Part shown: one piece after another, positions 25,453-37,446 of the stretch | How the letters are laid out: every line of letters begins with the position of its first letter | How positions within the stretch are numbered: position 1 is the first letter of the stretch | Source of the DNA: a virus | Lineage: Duplodnaviria; Heunggongvirae; Uroviricota; Caudoviricetes | IMG/VR virus record: IMGVR_UViG_3300002641_000714 | Reading direction: 5' to 3' (one strand) | Length of the DNA: 64,000 bases | Notes under the pieces: model-generated | What the model saw: the letters and a program-made list of their open reading frames with translations, nothing else | The model's database searches: none | Told to the model about the DNA's origin: nothing | Position numbers and translations under genes: made by a program

Positions 25453-26664
25453 TCACCATATATCATGTGAAACTCCTTTACGCCGTTCTTTATGAGTTAC
25501 TTTTCTAATGCATTGCAAATATTCAGGATTTAATTTTTTAATATCAAATTTAATATGTCCTTCTTTATATAATTCTATTTCCTTTGCATTATATTCTTTA
25601 GTTCCTTCTGGATACCAATTATCAGATGTGTATTTTTTATTAATTTTATTTAATTCTTCGCATGCATAATCGTCAGTTTTTTGATCTGCCAACCATGTTG
25701 TTTTCTCACAAATATTAAATACTACATATGGTTGACAAATATAACCACCTAATGTCACATCAAATACAACATCAAATTGTCTGACAATATCATGGAATTT
25801 TTCTTTTTCTTCATTTCCACGTCTGAATCCGTCTTCTGGCCAATTAGCTATCACAAAATCATTATTTCTCAAACTATTTGCAACTAACATATCATATAAT
25901 AGCCATTCATCCCAAATATCATCATTATGTGCTAAAATATCATAATCTGTTTTATCTTTACATCTTTCTGGATGCTTTTCTTTATATTCAGCAAGACATT
26001 TATCAATTATAGCTTTATTGCTTTCATTAATACGTGGAATTTCTTTTAGTTCTGATTCTCGGCACCATTTATTATGGTTTATTTTTACAGAAGCCTCTTC
26101 TGGAAACAAATCATCTGTTACCATATCTTCAATAATTGGCCAATCCTCGTATCTTTCACTTGGACAACTATCACAACAATCTTCACATCCCATTATAGAA
26201 TCTACAACTTGAGATTTATTTGAATTTGTAATTTCAACCTCAGGTTCTTCAACTTCAATAATAATCTTTTTCCAATTTTCTCCATCAAATATATATTCAT
26301 TCCCATTATATTCAACCATGGCTCCTTTATGGAATATAGTAAAGCCAATAACAGTTGGTCCAGCAGCTTTTTCTGGATCTGTTGTTGATTGTCCAATATA
26401 ATATATCATATCATTTAAATCTCCTGGCGCAGTTAAATCAATCTTAATCCATCTGGTCACCCCGTCCTCACACCGTACGTAACGATATTCTGCATCTTTA
26501 TATACGATATAATCACCTGGTTTAAAATCAGTATAATTCTCAATAGTAGGCCCGGTTTCACTAAGTGGATCGGTAGTTGACACACCTTTAAATATCCAAT
26601 CATTTAATGTCTTTATTTGATTATTCATTTCTTCATTAATCATTTGATTTCTATATGTACACAT
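25453..26664 (-). CDS. Hypothetical protein with two N-terminal tail-fibre-like repeats
   Basis: GVSTTDP..GPT..F..GD.I.Y...EY and GQSTTDP..GPT..F..GA.V.Y...EY. Confidence 0.7.
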   Translation of the reverse strand: MCTYRNQMINEEMNNQIKTLNDWIFKGVSTTDPLSETGPTIENYTDFKPGDYIVYKDAEYRYVRCEDGVTRWIKIDLTAPGDLNDMIYYIGQSTTDPEKAAGPTVIGFTIFHKGAMVEYNGNEYIFDGENWKKIIIEVEEPEVEITNSNKSQVVDSIMGCEDCCDSCPSERYEDWPIIEDMVTDDLFPEEASVKINHNKWCRESELKEIPRINESNKAIIDKCLAEYKEKHPERCKDKTDYDILAHNDDIWDEWLLYDMLVANSLRNNDFVIANWPEDGFRRGNEEKEKFHDIVRQFDVVFDVTLGGYICQPYVVFNICEKTTWLADQKTDDYACEELNKINKKYTSDNWYPEGTKEYNAKEIELYKEGHIKFDIKKLNPEYLQCIRKVTHKERRKGVSHDIW

Positions 26665-26676
26665 AATTGTAATTTT

Positions 26677-27180
26677 TTAATTTTCTTCTAATGTTAATTT
26701 ATAAATTTTTTCTTCTAATGGCTCCGATAAACCATTTTTGTATGTTGCATTATTATATAATCCATATGCCACAGATAAATTTATATTTTCATATGTTGGT
26801 GCATATTCTTCATTTTTGTTTTCTTTAATTACAAAATCTGAAAATTTATAAAAGACATCATATTTCCCCATTACGGTTAAAGTACTTCTAAAATAAATTG
26901 TAAAGTTTTTAGTTTCTATATAATATCTAAAATCATCAAAATTTATTGAACACTTATATATACAAGAAAACTTAAAATTAAAAATATATGCAGTTTCTAT
27001 AAAATCTTTCAATATATCTTCTCTACAAAAATATATTGGAAATTCACGCCAAATTTTAATTCCGAATATTGAAATTTGATAATTCAATATGTAAACATCA
27101 CTATCAAAATTATTTGTTTTAAGATGTTTCTTAATTATTTTAATAGGTCTCTGTAATTTTTCTGTTTCCATCTTTGTCAA
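26677..27180 (-). CDS. Hypothetical protein
   Basis: ORF in a tightly packed minus-strand operon; start uncertain. Confidence 0.65.
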   Translation of the reverse strand: MTKMETEKLQRPIKIIKKHLKTNNFDSDVYILNYQISIFGIKIWREFPIYFCREDILKDFIETAYIFNFKFSCIYKCSINFDDFRYYIETKNFTIYFRSTLTVMGKYDVFYKFSDFVIKENKNEEYAPTYENINLSVAYGLYNNATYKNGLSEPLEEKIYKLTLEEN

Positions 27181-27757
27181 ATTTATTATTATATTCTAAT
27201 AAAAGTTGTTCAATATTTGATTCTCTTTTGCAACACTTGTCATACCATTTGATTCTGAGATTCCAATTTAATCTAATTGGCTGTACAACTTTTTGATTAT
27301 TCAAAATAGTTTTAGCTAACTTAATTTCACGCGTTGTCAATCCTTCAAATCCATCAGTATGCACAAAATTAAATAGTTGTTTATCCAACATATCTCCTTC
27401 ATCATCAAAAATTACATATGATTCAACTTCATCTTCATGTGCATCTAGCCATCTCTGAATTTCATCTCCGCGTTCTCTTCCCATATGATCTGTTACATCA
27501 TATATAGCTTTAGTAAATATGGAATCCTCAGTAATTGTCCCGTTTGCTTGCTTTGCCCATCCATTAAAAAGTTTATTTATAAAATGCTCTGCATTTTTAC
27601 TTCCGGTACTCCAAGAAGATGATACAACAATTTTAGCATCTGTTTCCTTTATAAGTTCTTCTAATAATGCTACTTTTTCTGGATCCAAATGCCATCTGCA
27701 TTCTGGTGTGGAAATGACACCGTCAAAATCAAGAAATATGATTTTCAGTTTTTTCAT
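27140..27757 (-). CDS. HAD-superfamily phosphatase (RNA-repair 'Swiss Army Knife' HAD type)
   Basis: IIFLDFDGVI, IVVSSSW, RGDEIQRWL, YVIFDD, FVHTD..EGLT. Confidence 0.8.
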   Translation of the reverse strand: MKKLKIIFLDFDGVISTPECRWHLDPEKVALLEELIKETDAKIVVSSSWSTGSKNAEHFINKLFNGWAKQANGTITEDSIFTKAIYDVTDHMGRERGDEIQRWLDAHEDEVESYVIFDDEGDMLDKQLFNFVHTDGFEGLTTREIKLAKTILNNQKVVQPIRLNWNLRIKWYDKCCKRESNIEQLLLEYNNKFDKDGNRKITETY

Positions 27758-27946
27758 TTATGCAATAAGGTTTCCGTCAACATAGAAATCTTCATTATTT
27801 CTACATTCCCAATTTTTAATATAGCCCTTTCGACACATATAAGAAACTAATGGGTAATAAACAGTTTCATCGTTGTTGCTATATTCTTTTACAGCTTCAA
27901 TAATGTCCAATGCTTCTTCATTTGTCATATTCTTTGTATTTTTCAT
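27758..27946 (-). CDS. Small hypothetical protein
   Basis: Abuts neighbours in the operon. Confidence 0.55.
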   Translation of the reverse strand: MKNTKNMTNEEALDIIEAVKEYSNNDETVYYPLVSYMCRKGYIKNWECRNNEDFYVDGNLIA

Positions 27947-28256
27947 TTAAAAATTTTCTTAGTTTTCCAATATGCACATATTCAGCTTTTGCATGTTGGC
28001 AATCTTTATCAAATTCAAATTCAGACAAATCTAAATTTGTTATTCCAAACTTCTCATTCAACATAGTTGGTAGCCAATCATCTGAATCTTTTAGATATAC
28101 TTCCAAATCTCCTTTTAAAATATAAAAATTCTCACCATTATATCTTGCAGATGATTCGCGTAGTGTCATTATAAAAGCCACAACTAAATCTCCGACTTTT
28201 GTTAATTTAGTAATATCGAAATCTTTATCAAAAATATCAATTTTCATCGTCTTCAA
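27918..28256 (-). CDS. Hypothetical protein
   Basis: Operon-coupled ORF. Confidence 0.65.
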   Translation of the reverse strand: MKTMKIDIFDKDFDITKLTKVGDLVVAFIMTLRESSARYNGENFYILKGDLEVYLKDSDDWLPTMLNEKFGITNLDLSEFEFDKDCQHAKAEYVHIGKLRKFLNEKYKEYDK

Positions 28257-28734
28257 ATTTTTCTTTTAAGCGAAGATATTCTTTATATTCACAATCTTCA
28301 TCTTTTTCAAATTTTTCTTTTAGACGAAGATATTCTTTATATTCATAATCTTCCTTGTCTTTTTTATGCTTTTCAATAATAGCAAGTTCTTCTTCATCAG
28401 TAAATTGCCAAATATCAAAATCTCTTAAAATTCGAATATATGGACTATATATGATTTTATTATCACTGTTTACGTGCATATAAAGACGAAAATTTCCACT
28501 ATTCCAGTTTTGCGGTTCAATAATAAGTTCATTACCTAATTTTGGTTCGTCGTCATCATCATACCCAGTACCTAATGCTATAAATGTTTTGTCTGTAAAC
28601 GTAATAATACACATGTGTGTATCATAATTGCCAGTATTGGTAAATGCAACTTTATCTACCACTTTATTCTTTAATAGATCATAGTCAGAATCATCATGTA
28701 GAAAAATTTGTTTATAATCGTTATTTCGTACCAT
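28237..28734 (-). CDS. Hypothetical protein with C-terminal tandem duplication
   Basis: EYKEYLRLKEKFE repeated twice; middle-type promoter upstream (28765-28791). Confidence 0.7.
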   Translation of the reverse strand: MVRNNDYKQIFLHDDSDYDLLKNKVVDKVAFTNTGNYDTHMCIITFTDKTFIALGTGYDDDDEPKLGNELIIEPQNWNSGNFRLYMHVNSDNKIIYSPYIRILRDFDIWQFTDEEELAIIEKHKKDKEDYEYKEYLRLKEKFEKDEDCEYKEYLRLKEKFEDDEN

Positions 28735-28861
28735 AATTTTAAAATATTTTTTAATAATTCAAATATTATAAATCAAAAAATGATAAAGTTTCAAAAAAAT
28801 GAGGGACTTTCACAAGCACCTCATTCCAAAAATACCAATATACATATGAAACATATATTAA

Positions 28862-29590
28862 TTACATCTTTTGAAGCTCTTCATCATTTGGAACAGCCTC
28901 ACCGATAAATGCATCATGAAGCTCGATGAATTCTTCAAGTTCAGTAATCTTAAAATCAAACTTAATACCAGCAGTTGCAATATTAATGCGTTCGCGCATA
29001 AGTTTGAGTTTTTTATCAATATTTGACAATTGTCTAATAATCTCAAGAACATTTTGAAGAATATGACTGTATGTTACAAAATTCTCGTCATCTTTCTTCT
29101 CAACTTTTTCAATATCAAAACCTTCTAATTCTGCCATTGCTTTTGCAGATTCAAGTCCAACACCAGCAGGATTAGACATGGTTTGATAAAGATACATAAG
29201 TGTTGCATAATCAACTTCAAATGGAAGTGTAGCATCAGCTTTATATTTCTCAATAGCTTCAGAAATAACTTTATCAAACATAAGCATTCCCTTCCATGTT
29301 CCCTTCTCCCAATGATTCAAAGTTGCATTCCAATTCTTAAGGAGTTTTGCAAATGCAAGTGCATCATGATCCATAATAACATATGTTTTATTTGCATATT
29401 TTGCAACTTCTTTATCAAATTCTGCTTTAGCTTTATCAACATCTTCTTTAGTTGCTTCCTCATCATAAACATTAAGCCATTTACCAAACTTTTCACGAAG
29501 ATCTTTACGGAATTTATCATGCAGTTTCTTTAATTGCTCGTCACTCATTTGAGTTGCATCTACTTTTTCATTAGTTTTCTTGTTTGCCAT
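28862..29590 (-). CDS. Hypothetical helical protein
   Basis: 242-aa ORF ending TAA. Confidence 0.8.
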   Translation of the reverse strand: MANKKTNEKVDATQMSDEQLKKLHDKFRKDLREKFGKWLNVYDEEATKEDVDKAKAEFDKEVAKYANKTYVIMDHDALAFAKLLKNWNATLNHWEKGTWKGMLMFDKVISEAIEKYKADATLPFEVDYATLMYLYQTMSNPAGVGLESAKAMAELEGFDIEKVEKKDDENFVTYSHILQNVLEIIRQLSNIDKKLKLMRERINIATAGIKFDFKITELEEFIELHDAFIGEAVPNDEELQKM

Positions 29591-29592
29591 AA

Positions 29593-29823
29593 TTAAATCG
29601 ATTTAATTTTATTTTTATAATGTTTTCTTCTAGCTTCTTTTTCCCTATATTCATCCATTGTCATATAAAATTTTCTTGGAATGGTAATATACTTAAAATG
29701 GTCAAGCTGATCCCAATTACCTACGCATGGTACAGTTTCAGCTAATTTATATTTAAAATAATGAATGGATGTATTTTTATTTTGTGTTTTTCTATTTATG
29801 ATTTTTAATCCTTTAGTTTTCAT
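29593..29823 (-). CDS. Small basic hypothetical protein
   Basis: 76-aa ORF coupled to the downstream gene. Confidence 0.6.
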   Translation of the reverse strand: MKTKGLKIINRKTQNKNTSIHYFKYKLAETVPCVGNWDQLDHFKYITIPRKFYMTMDEYREKEARRKHYKNKIKSI

Positions 29824-29851
29824 TTTTTCTTTGATATATTTTATTTTTATA

Positions 29852-30067
29852 TTATTTTGTAATTTTCATTAATGGATGTTGTCTAGCATATTCAATACCA
29901 TAAATGTTTACGAGATACTTGTCTAAAATCAAATTATTTTCATATATAACCTTATTTGGTTTAAATCCGTATTCATCATAATCTGAACGTTTTGGTTCTG
30001 GATCATATCTCCCACTAAATGACTAATCATTTTTCCATTTATTATAATCCTTTTCGTAATCAGTCAT
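29852..30067 (-). CDS. Small hypothetical protein (TAG read-through)
   Basis: ATG 30067 MTDYEKDYNKWKND(Q)SFSG...; ends TAA; fills the gap in the operon. Confidence 0.55.
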
Positions 30068-30077
30068 AACTTAAAAA

Positions 30078-30287
30078 TTATTTTTTCTTTGTTATACTTC
30101 TATATTTCTTAGCTGCACAAGAATCACATGTTATTAATAAATCTTGCTCACTGTCAAATTCCTATTCAAAATTTTTAATATTTTTAGCATTATTGAATAT
30201 CTATCCGGTATATTGAATATCTATATAGCCAGTACCCTATTTAATTATTTTCTAGCCATAAAAATATATATTCCTATAAACTTTCAT
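30078..30287 (-). CDS. Small hypothetical protein with 4 TAG codons and a CxxC motif
   Basis: MKVYRNIYFYG(Q)KIIK(Q)GTG..CDSC..KKK; fits between neighbouring genes. Confidence 0.55.
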
Positions 30288-30292
30288 ACTAA

Positions 30293-30826
30293 TTACAATA
30301 AAACTATTAACAATGTAATTAAACCCCCCAGAATGATACTGTTTATACCAATAAAGGATGCTAATTCCCATTTGAAATTAGGAAATCTATCTAAAATTGG
30401 TGCATACTTCCATTCAACAACATAAGAACATGAAACCGTTTCTAAAATTTCACCACTTTGTTTATTGTCATTATCAAATTCTTCAATATAGTAAAAATTA
30501 GGTGCTTCAAAATAATCTCCCCAATTAATATCGGTTGCAATATATCTTGTTATCGGTAAAACAGCCTCTTGAAGTTTTTGGTATTTCATTATATCCGAAC
30601 CTGCTAATTGAAAATTTTCCGGAATAGAAACAATACCAGTAATAGCAGTCATATCTTCATTAACTGCTAATCTATATTCATTAAACTTTGATTTTGGATC
30701 TGCAATTTCTTGTTGAATGTCTATTAGAAATTGTTTTCTATTATCTCTATCAATCTTTATTTGTTTTAGATTGTTAAAAAATTGTTGAATTCGCTTTCCA
30801 AATTTAGTTTTTAGTTTCATAATCAA
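30293..30826 (-). CDS. Hypothetical protein with C-terminal transmembrane helix
   Basis: Hydrophobic C-terminus FIGINSIILGGLITLLIVLL. Confidence 0.75.
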   Translation of the reverse strand: MIMKLKTKFGKRIQQFFNNLKQIKIDRDNRKQFLIDIQQEIADPKSKFNEYRLAVNEDMTAITGIVSIPENFQLAGSDIMKYQKLQEAVLPITRYIATDINWGDYFEAPNFYYIEEFDNDNKQSGEILETVSCSYVVEWKYAPILDRFPNFKWELASFIGINSIILGGLITLLIVLL

Positions 30827-30917
30827 TATATTGATTTTAATATTTTATGTAAAGTATTTATTTTTGTTTATTTATAAAAAGAAAAGCATCTGATTTCTCA
30901 GATACTTTTAATAAAAA

Positions 30918-31784
30918 TCAATAATGTCCGAACTAACAAAGATCTAGCGCACCGTTCATATCTACATATGTGTCTACCAAATCTTTGTGATTAATTGTCA
31001 GAATTCGTTTAAGATTTTCTTTACCGCGATAAAGATAGTTCTTAACAGTAGATTCATTCATTGATAACTCATCCGCAATTTCACGGATTTTCTTTCCATC
31101 AACAAGTTTCATATGAAGAATCTTGCCTCCAATACCCGGAATATGCGACATCTCTGCAACAGATACATCATAAAGCTCTTTTGTAATATCAGAAAAATCA
31201 CTTGAAATAAATTCAGCTCCGTTGAAAACGCCATTCTCGAATTCAGAAATATTCTGAATATAAGATTGGGAACGATTAACCATCTCAGAATCATAAATGT
31301 CTGCAATATCGTTATCAACAATATTCAGTTTTGTCTGGTTTTTGATAAATCCAAGACAATTGTTGCGGCAAATTGTCCACAACCAAGTCGAGAACTTTGC
31401 TACATTAGGATCATAAGAATCAATTTTATTAAATGCATTAATAAAGGTTTCAATAGTCATATCATATGCATCATCATTGTTTTTTACAAACCCGAATGCA
31501 TATTGCTTAATACCATACCAAAAAAATTCCTGAAGTGCTGTCCATGACTTTTCAGATTTAGTTGCCAAGAAATCATTAACTAATGCATCAGCTTGAATAT
31601 TAATTTTCTTTTTTGGACGCCCAGCTTTTCTCTCTGCTTTTTCGGCAAGCTTCATTGATTCTTGAATTTCTTCATCAGTTACATTAAGTAATACATCAAT
31701 TTCTTGATTTTCATCATTCATGTTTACATCATTCATTTGTGAAAGCTCCGATTCAATTAACATTTCAAAATTGTTATTTACCAT
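30918..31784 (-). CDS. Phage sigma70-family (ECF-like) RNA polymerase sigma factor
   Basis: Region 2 DDAYDMTIETFINAFNKIDSYDP..KFSTWLWTICRN; region 4 HTH KIREIADELSMNESTVKNYLYRGK; TAG at 30933 read through to TGA at 30918. Confidence 0.85.
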
Positions 31785-31955
31785 ACGATTTTTACTGTTT
31801 TTGTATTTGTTGTTATTATACTTTTTAATTTATGATATTAATTTATAATACAAAGATTGTACTTTTTTATTAAACCAAAAAATAGAAGTTATATTTTATT
31901 TTTATTTTTTTACATAATTAAATAGCACATGTAAGCACCTTTTTATTTTTTACAG

Positions 31956-31994
31956 TGCAAAATTATTGCTTTTTCATAAATTAAAAAATAGAAG
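31956..31994 (-). promoter_or_regulatory. Putative early promoter (Bacteroidetes -7 TAnnTTTG plus upstream CTTCTATTTTTTAATTT box)
   Basis: Same ~40-bp motif at 54815, 56532, 57218 and 60513; lies upstream of the sigma gene. Confidence 0.7.
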
Positions 31995-32166
31995 TTAATT
32001 TTTATTGATTTCTTGATTATATTTATTTATGTTTATATTATTTTATTTTTATATTGCAAATATACAAAAAAGTTTTGAAAAAAAAATGCATTTTTTAGTT
32101 ATTTTTTCAATTTTTGATCAATGAAATAATTAAAATAAATAAAAAAAGTATATTCTATAATAGTAT

Positions 32167-35100
32167 ATGAAGATTTTAAAGCAGAAATATCATGGCCTTC
32201 CAGGTTTAGGAATTAACGGAAAAATCGGTGAATAGGGTGTTAAGGCTGAATCTATTTATATGGGCTATATAAATGATTTTTTTGATGGTGAAGATATTAG
32301 TGTTGGTACACTTATTTATGCAGCTAAACGAACATTCAATCATCCAAATGCTAGTACACTAGATGCATCTACTATAGAAGCAGCGTGGGCTGTTACTTAG
32401 CAAGAATTAAATGTTTTTCATACTCCTAATACTATATTAAAGAGTGCTGTTGAAAATTCTAGTAACAGCTCAACTTCATATATTAATTTTAAAACATTTT
32501 ATTATACTGGAACACGTTTAACAGATGATAAAATTGTTGATGACATATTTTCAGGTAATAGTTCAATATCTGATGCAAGTCTTGCAAAATTTGTTGAATT
32601 AGATTTAACTGGTGATTTTATTTCAATGTCATTTATGTTAAAAACTGCAGATAATCCTGAAAATAATTTAGATTTTAAACAATATAAATCTGAATATGAT
32701 ACAAAATTAAGTAATATGGATACTCATGATTTTTCACAATAGGGTCATGAAATTTATAATGAATACAATATTACTGATGAAAAAACATATAGAAAATTTG
32801 ATGATTCTGCCATAATATATGGAAAATTTTATGATGATTAGAATGATAGATATTTAATATATTTGCCATATGATACAAATGATGCAATATATAAATCATC
32901 TTCTGCAGCAGGAATAGCTGCAGAAGACGGAAGTTTATTATTAAATGAACAATATAGAAACTATTATGAAAATCATGGTGAATTTAATTATGTTAAAGAA
33001 TATATACCAAATAATAATGATTTATTACTTACAGATGTAAACACACATTATGCTAAATTAGATTCTAGTAAATTAGAAACCAGCATATTTTATGGTGATA
33101 ACAATATTAGCTTTTTAATTAACGGTGTTGAAACCGGTGATAAAGCATATTGGAATGAATTTTATAAAACATCATTTACTGCAAAAATATTATCAAAAAG
33201 CACATTAATACCTAATTATAGTTTGTATCAAGATGATGATTTATTAGACAGCGAAAATAATGCATTTTATGGTGTAGCATCACCGGTATTATTTAATAAT
33301 AAAGGTGATAGTAGCATATCAATTAATAATGAAGGTATTAATAAAATAAGTTCGCTTATTACAGATCCTGATTATATACAAAGAATAATTGACGGTAAAA
33401 ATAATGTTAATATATTATTAAATGACAAAAATGGTTTAAATATATTTTATTCTTTGAATGATACAGAAAGCTCATTATTTGTTCCGTCTACATTAAGCAG
33501 TTACTATAAACCAGGTGATGTATTATATTTTTATGCAGATAGTTATGCATTTAATAATATTAGTGATCAAAATTATAAAAATATAATGTATATGGTAGTA
33601 TTAACTGAAGATTTAATGGGTTGTACGCCATTACAATTAATGAGTGCAGCATAGTTAATATCACCGCTAGAAATTAAAAACTTTTCATTTAACAATAATA
33701 ACCGTGTTTGCAACTATAATAATATTGCCGTATTATTAAATGACACATCTGTTTCAAATAATACTAAAAAATTAGCATTATCTAATAAATCATATATTGG
33801 TATTGCTGATAATTATACAGATGCACCGGTTATATTAGCCGCTAAAGATGGTTCTATATTTAATAATTTTGTGGCTGTAGATTCTAGCGTTGCATTAAAT
33901 GGTAATGTTAGTAATAATTTATTTAATATTGATGTATCTGATAATATACCTATTAAATTAAATAATCTTAATATTGTATCAAATAATATAACCGAAGAAA
34001 CAAATGTTGAATTATATAATCATATATATGATTCAAATATTAAGTTTGATAATGAAAAATTTATTAAACCTCTATTAGATTTAGATTTATATTATGATAC
34101 TAATAATACAGCATTATTATCATAGACATTAAACGGTTCTGATTATTTTTATGATATTGAAAATTTATATGGTTATTTTTACGGCTGTGATATTTATAAT
34201 AGTGATATGAAAAAGATACAAACTATTACAAGTATCGATAAAATGTTAACAATTGATTTAATTCCTGATGTAAATAATACTGTTTATTATTTCCAAATGT
34301 TTGCATCATGCAGTAATAGTTTAAAATATTACAGTAAATTAACATAGCTTACATTAACATATAAATTAAATAAGTATTATGGTGAAGAAAAAGAAATAAA
34401 AATATTAGATAGAACATATTATAGTAGTCCGATAGGACAATTTTCAACAGTTATTAAAAAGAAAAAAATGCCAAAAAGAAGAACAGTAACAGAACGATAT
34501 GAAATTGATAAAATTAAAATTGAATTATTAGGATTAGATCAACATATTGTTAAAGAACAAAAATTTGGAAATATATTCTTTGATTTAACTGATATTAATG
34601 CGGAAAAAGTAGATGCTTCATTATTTGTATATACAGAAGATCCATCTATTATAATTGATGATATATTATTTAATCATAGGAGCTGTGAATATAATGAAGA
34701 TATTAAGGTTAATAATTGGTCTATTATTACACCAAATACCGATTCAGGATTAGATGCATCTGTATTTAATATTGATTTAAGTTCAAATCTTCCGGCATTT
34801 AATAATTCAACCGGTATATGTAAAAATATTCAAGAATATATTATATTAGGTTCTGAACATATTGAAGAAAATAGTAATAATAGTGAATCAAAATTATTTA
34901 ATTTATTAAGCAATTCAAATTATATTAAGCCGGCAAGTATGCAAAGATCTATATTGGTTACTGCAAAATACCATTATAAAGATCATCCATATGAATATTA
35001 CTATGAAAATTATAATATAGTTCAACCAGGATTTAAAGATACTCGTGATGTACCTGTATTTGAATTAAACACACATACTTCAATACATGAATTAGAATCA

Positions 35101-37143
35101 TATAATTCAATAGATAATGGTGTCCTTAATAACCAATTTGTAACATACATTGATATTAATATTAAAGATTTCAAAAAATAGTGGGGATAGTTTATAGTTG
35201 ATCCGTCTATTAAAATTTCAATGGATGTTAGTATTGCTAATATTGATTATGATTTAAATTGGCAATATAATTATATTGTTGAGCAATTAACATCTCGCCG
35301 TACATTTAAAGTAATTTTGGAAGATATTGATTCATCCATAACTAAACTTAATAATTATGTAAAATTAACAACATCATTATTTGAAACCAGCAATAATTTA
35401 TTAACAAAAAATACTAATAATTGTAATAGTATAAACGGTAGTTTAAATTGTGGTGGTAGTTATAATATTGATTCAAGCTTTATATTATATAATACACCGG
35501 ATAATACTAAAGGAATAAAACCATTAATTGTCGATAATTATATTTTATGTGATAAGCAATTTATAGATATTCATAAAAATTCTAATTTAATGTATAATGG
35601 TTTACAAAATAATATAATGATTGGATTATCTGATATACCTATTTCAGATGATATTGATACAATTAAACTTAAATTATCATTGGAAATGGGTAATCCGATG
35701 TTAGCTAATATGTATTTTAGATTTGTTGTTAAACATATTAATATAAAAGTTAATATTGATAATAGCGATACTCCTAGTATATTTACAACATTTGTTCCAA
35801 ATACATTTAATGTTGATACAAAAAATACATATTTGGCTAATATATATGCAGATGTTAATACTTCACGTAAAATTAATCGTGTAAATTATAAATATATTTC
35901 AAACCCGATAGATATAACATTTAATCCGTTATCATATACAGTTTGTCCGAATGATGCCGAAACTACATATACAAATATATATGGCAGTTTAGACAAGTAC
36001 GGTATTAAAGATCAAATCAAGAAAGAACTTAAATTCTTTAATTCATCTGTATATGAGCATAATCCATATAATTATACAGGAAAACAAATACGTGAACATA
36101 GCTATTATCCGTTTAATAATCTTTATATTAAAAAATCTTATATACAAGATAATGTTAAGGCTATTAATGTAAAACCTGTTTCATTATGGGATGTAATTCA
36201 AAAAACAAATTTAACAACATTATCTTCTAGTATTAATGAAGAATTAAAGCAACATAATGTTTTAGATTTTATTGAAGGTAACAAATATTTAAGTATTGTA
36301 TATAATTCTGTTATTATGTCACCGAGAATTAGAAATGACAAATATTGTTTCTATTATAATGATAATTTATATCCGCGTGCTAAATATGATCAAAAAGTTA
36401 ATAATATGCCTGTATTTGCATATGATACACAGTCTATAGAATTACGTGATGACATTTTAATTAATTCAATGGATAAATGGAATGATTATTATACAGAACA
36501 TAAAACTTTTGATTCTGAAAAAGCATATCATGGTGTTTTAAGTTTATATGGTAATGGTTATACTCAAATAGTAGATGATATCAGCACTGATATATTTAAT
36601 GAATATGTTATGGATCTTAAGAAAGTAAAAAATCAAAATGATGTATCTATTAATTTATATTCCGGAATTAATGAAGTTGATATCAATCCGATGAAACAAG
36701 ATCAACCGAATAATAAAGAATATTTTAGAGGGTTCTTATATGATATAAACTGGGAATTCCCATATTATGATAATAAAAATGAAATAATTCCATATAGAAT
36801 AGTATCACCATTTGATAATTTCTTAAATAATACTAGTACTAATATTCAAGAAATTTATCAAGATTATTATAATGCATTAACAGACTTAACAGATGCTTCA
36901 TATGGCACTAATATGGTTCCATCTAATTTATTATTTGATATTAATCCGCGTATTGCATATAATTTTGAAAATAATGGTGTAAATGTTTTAATGTTAAGAC
37001 GCCCATCTATTGGAACTGATACTGATAATATTAGTACTTCTACAGATTTTAAAGAAAAATATGAATTTAATAATCAGTTATTTGATTTAGTATCTGCAAT
37101 AGAAAAATTATCATCACCATATATTATAAAATCAAATGAATAA
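32167..37143 (+). CDS. 1658-aa Asn-rich probable virion structural protein
   Basis: One frame from ATG 32167 to TAA 37143 with 9 in-frame TAGs and no TAA/TGA; joins four ORF-track fragments. Confidence 0.8.
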
Positions 37144-37326
37144 AATAACTGAATTAAATTATATTAAATTTGAAAATAGATAACTAATGCATTAAACCAG
37201 GATTCTGTAAATCGAAGACAACATCATTAATCAGAATGAATTTCAGATATTGAAATAAACTTCATTATTAAAATAATAAAACCACTAAACATACTTTAAA
37301 TGCTTAGTGGTTTTTGTTTGTTTATA

Positions 37327-37404
37327 TTAAATTTAAAATAAATCTATTAACCGGAATAACTAACATTAGTTATTTTATGATAGGTTGAGAAAAAAGTTTT
37401 TTTG
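37327..37404 (-). repeat. Dispersed ~70-bp intergenic element with internal palindrome, copy 2 (inverted)
   Basis: Reverse complement matches 2721-2797; core AATAACTAA-nn-TTAGTTATT. Confidence 0.85.
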
Positions 37405-37446
37405 CAGTGAAAATAAATATATTGATAACAAAAAATATATAGAATA

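Noticed and set aside
37144..37446. DGR template repeat or RT near the VR-like genes
   Set aside because: No AAC-rich copy of the VR scaffold in this or other intergenic gaps, and no RT motifs in any ORF of the window
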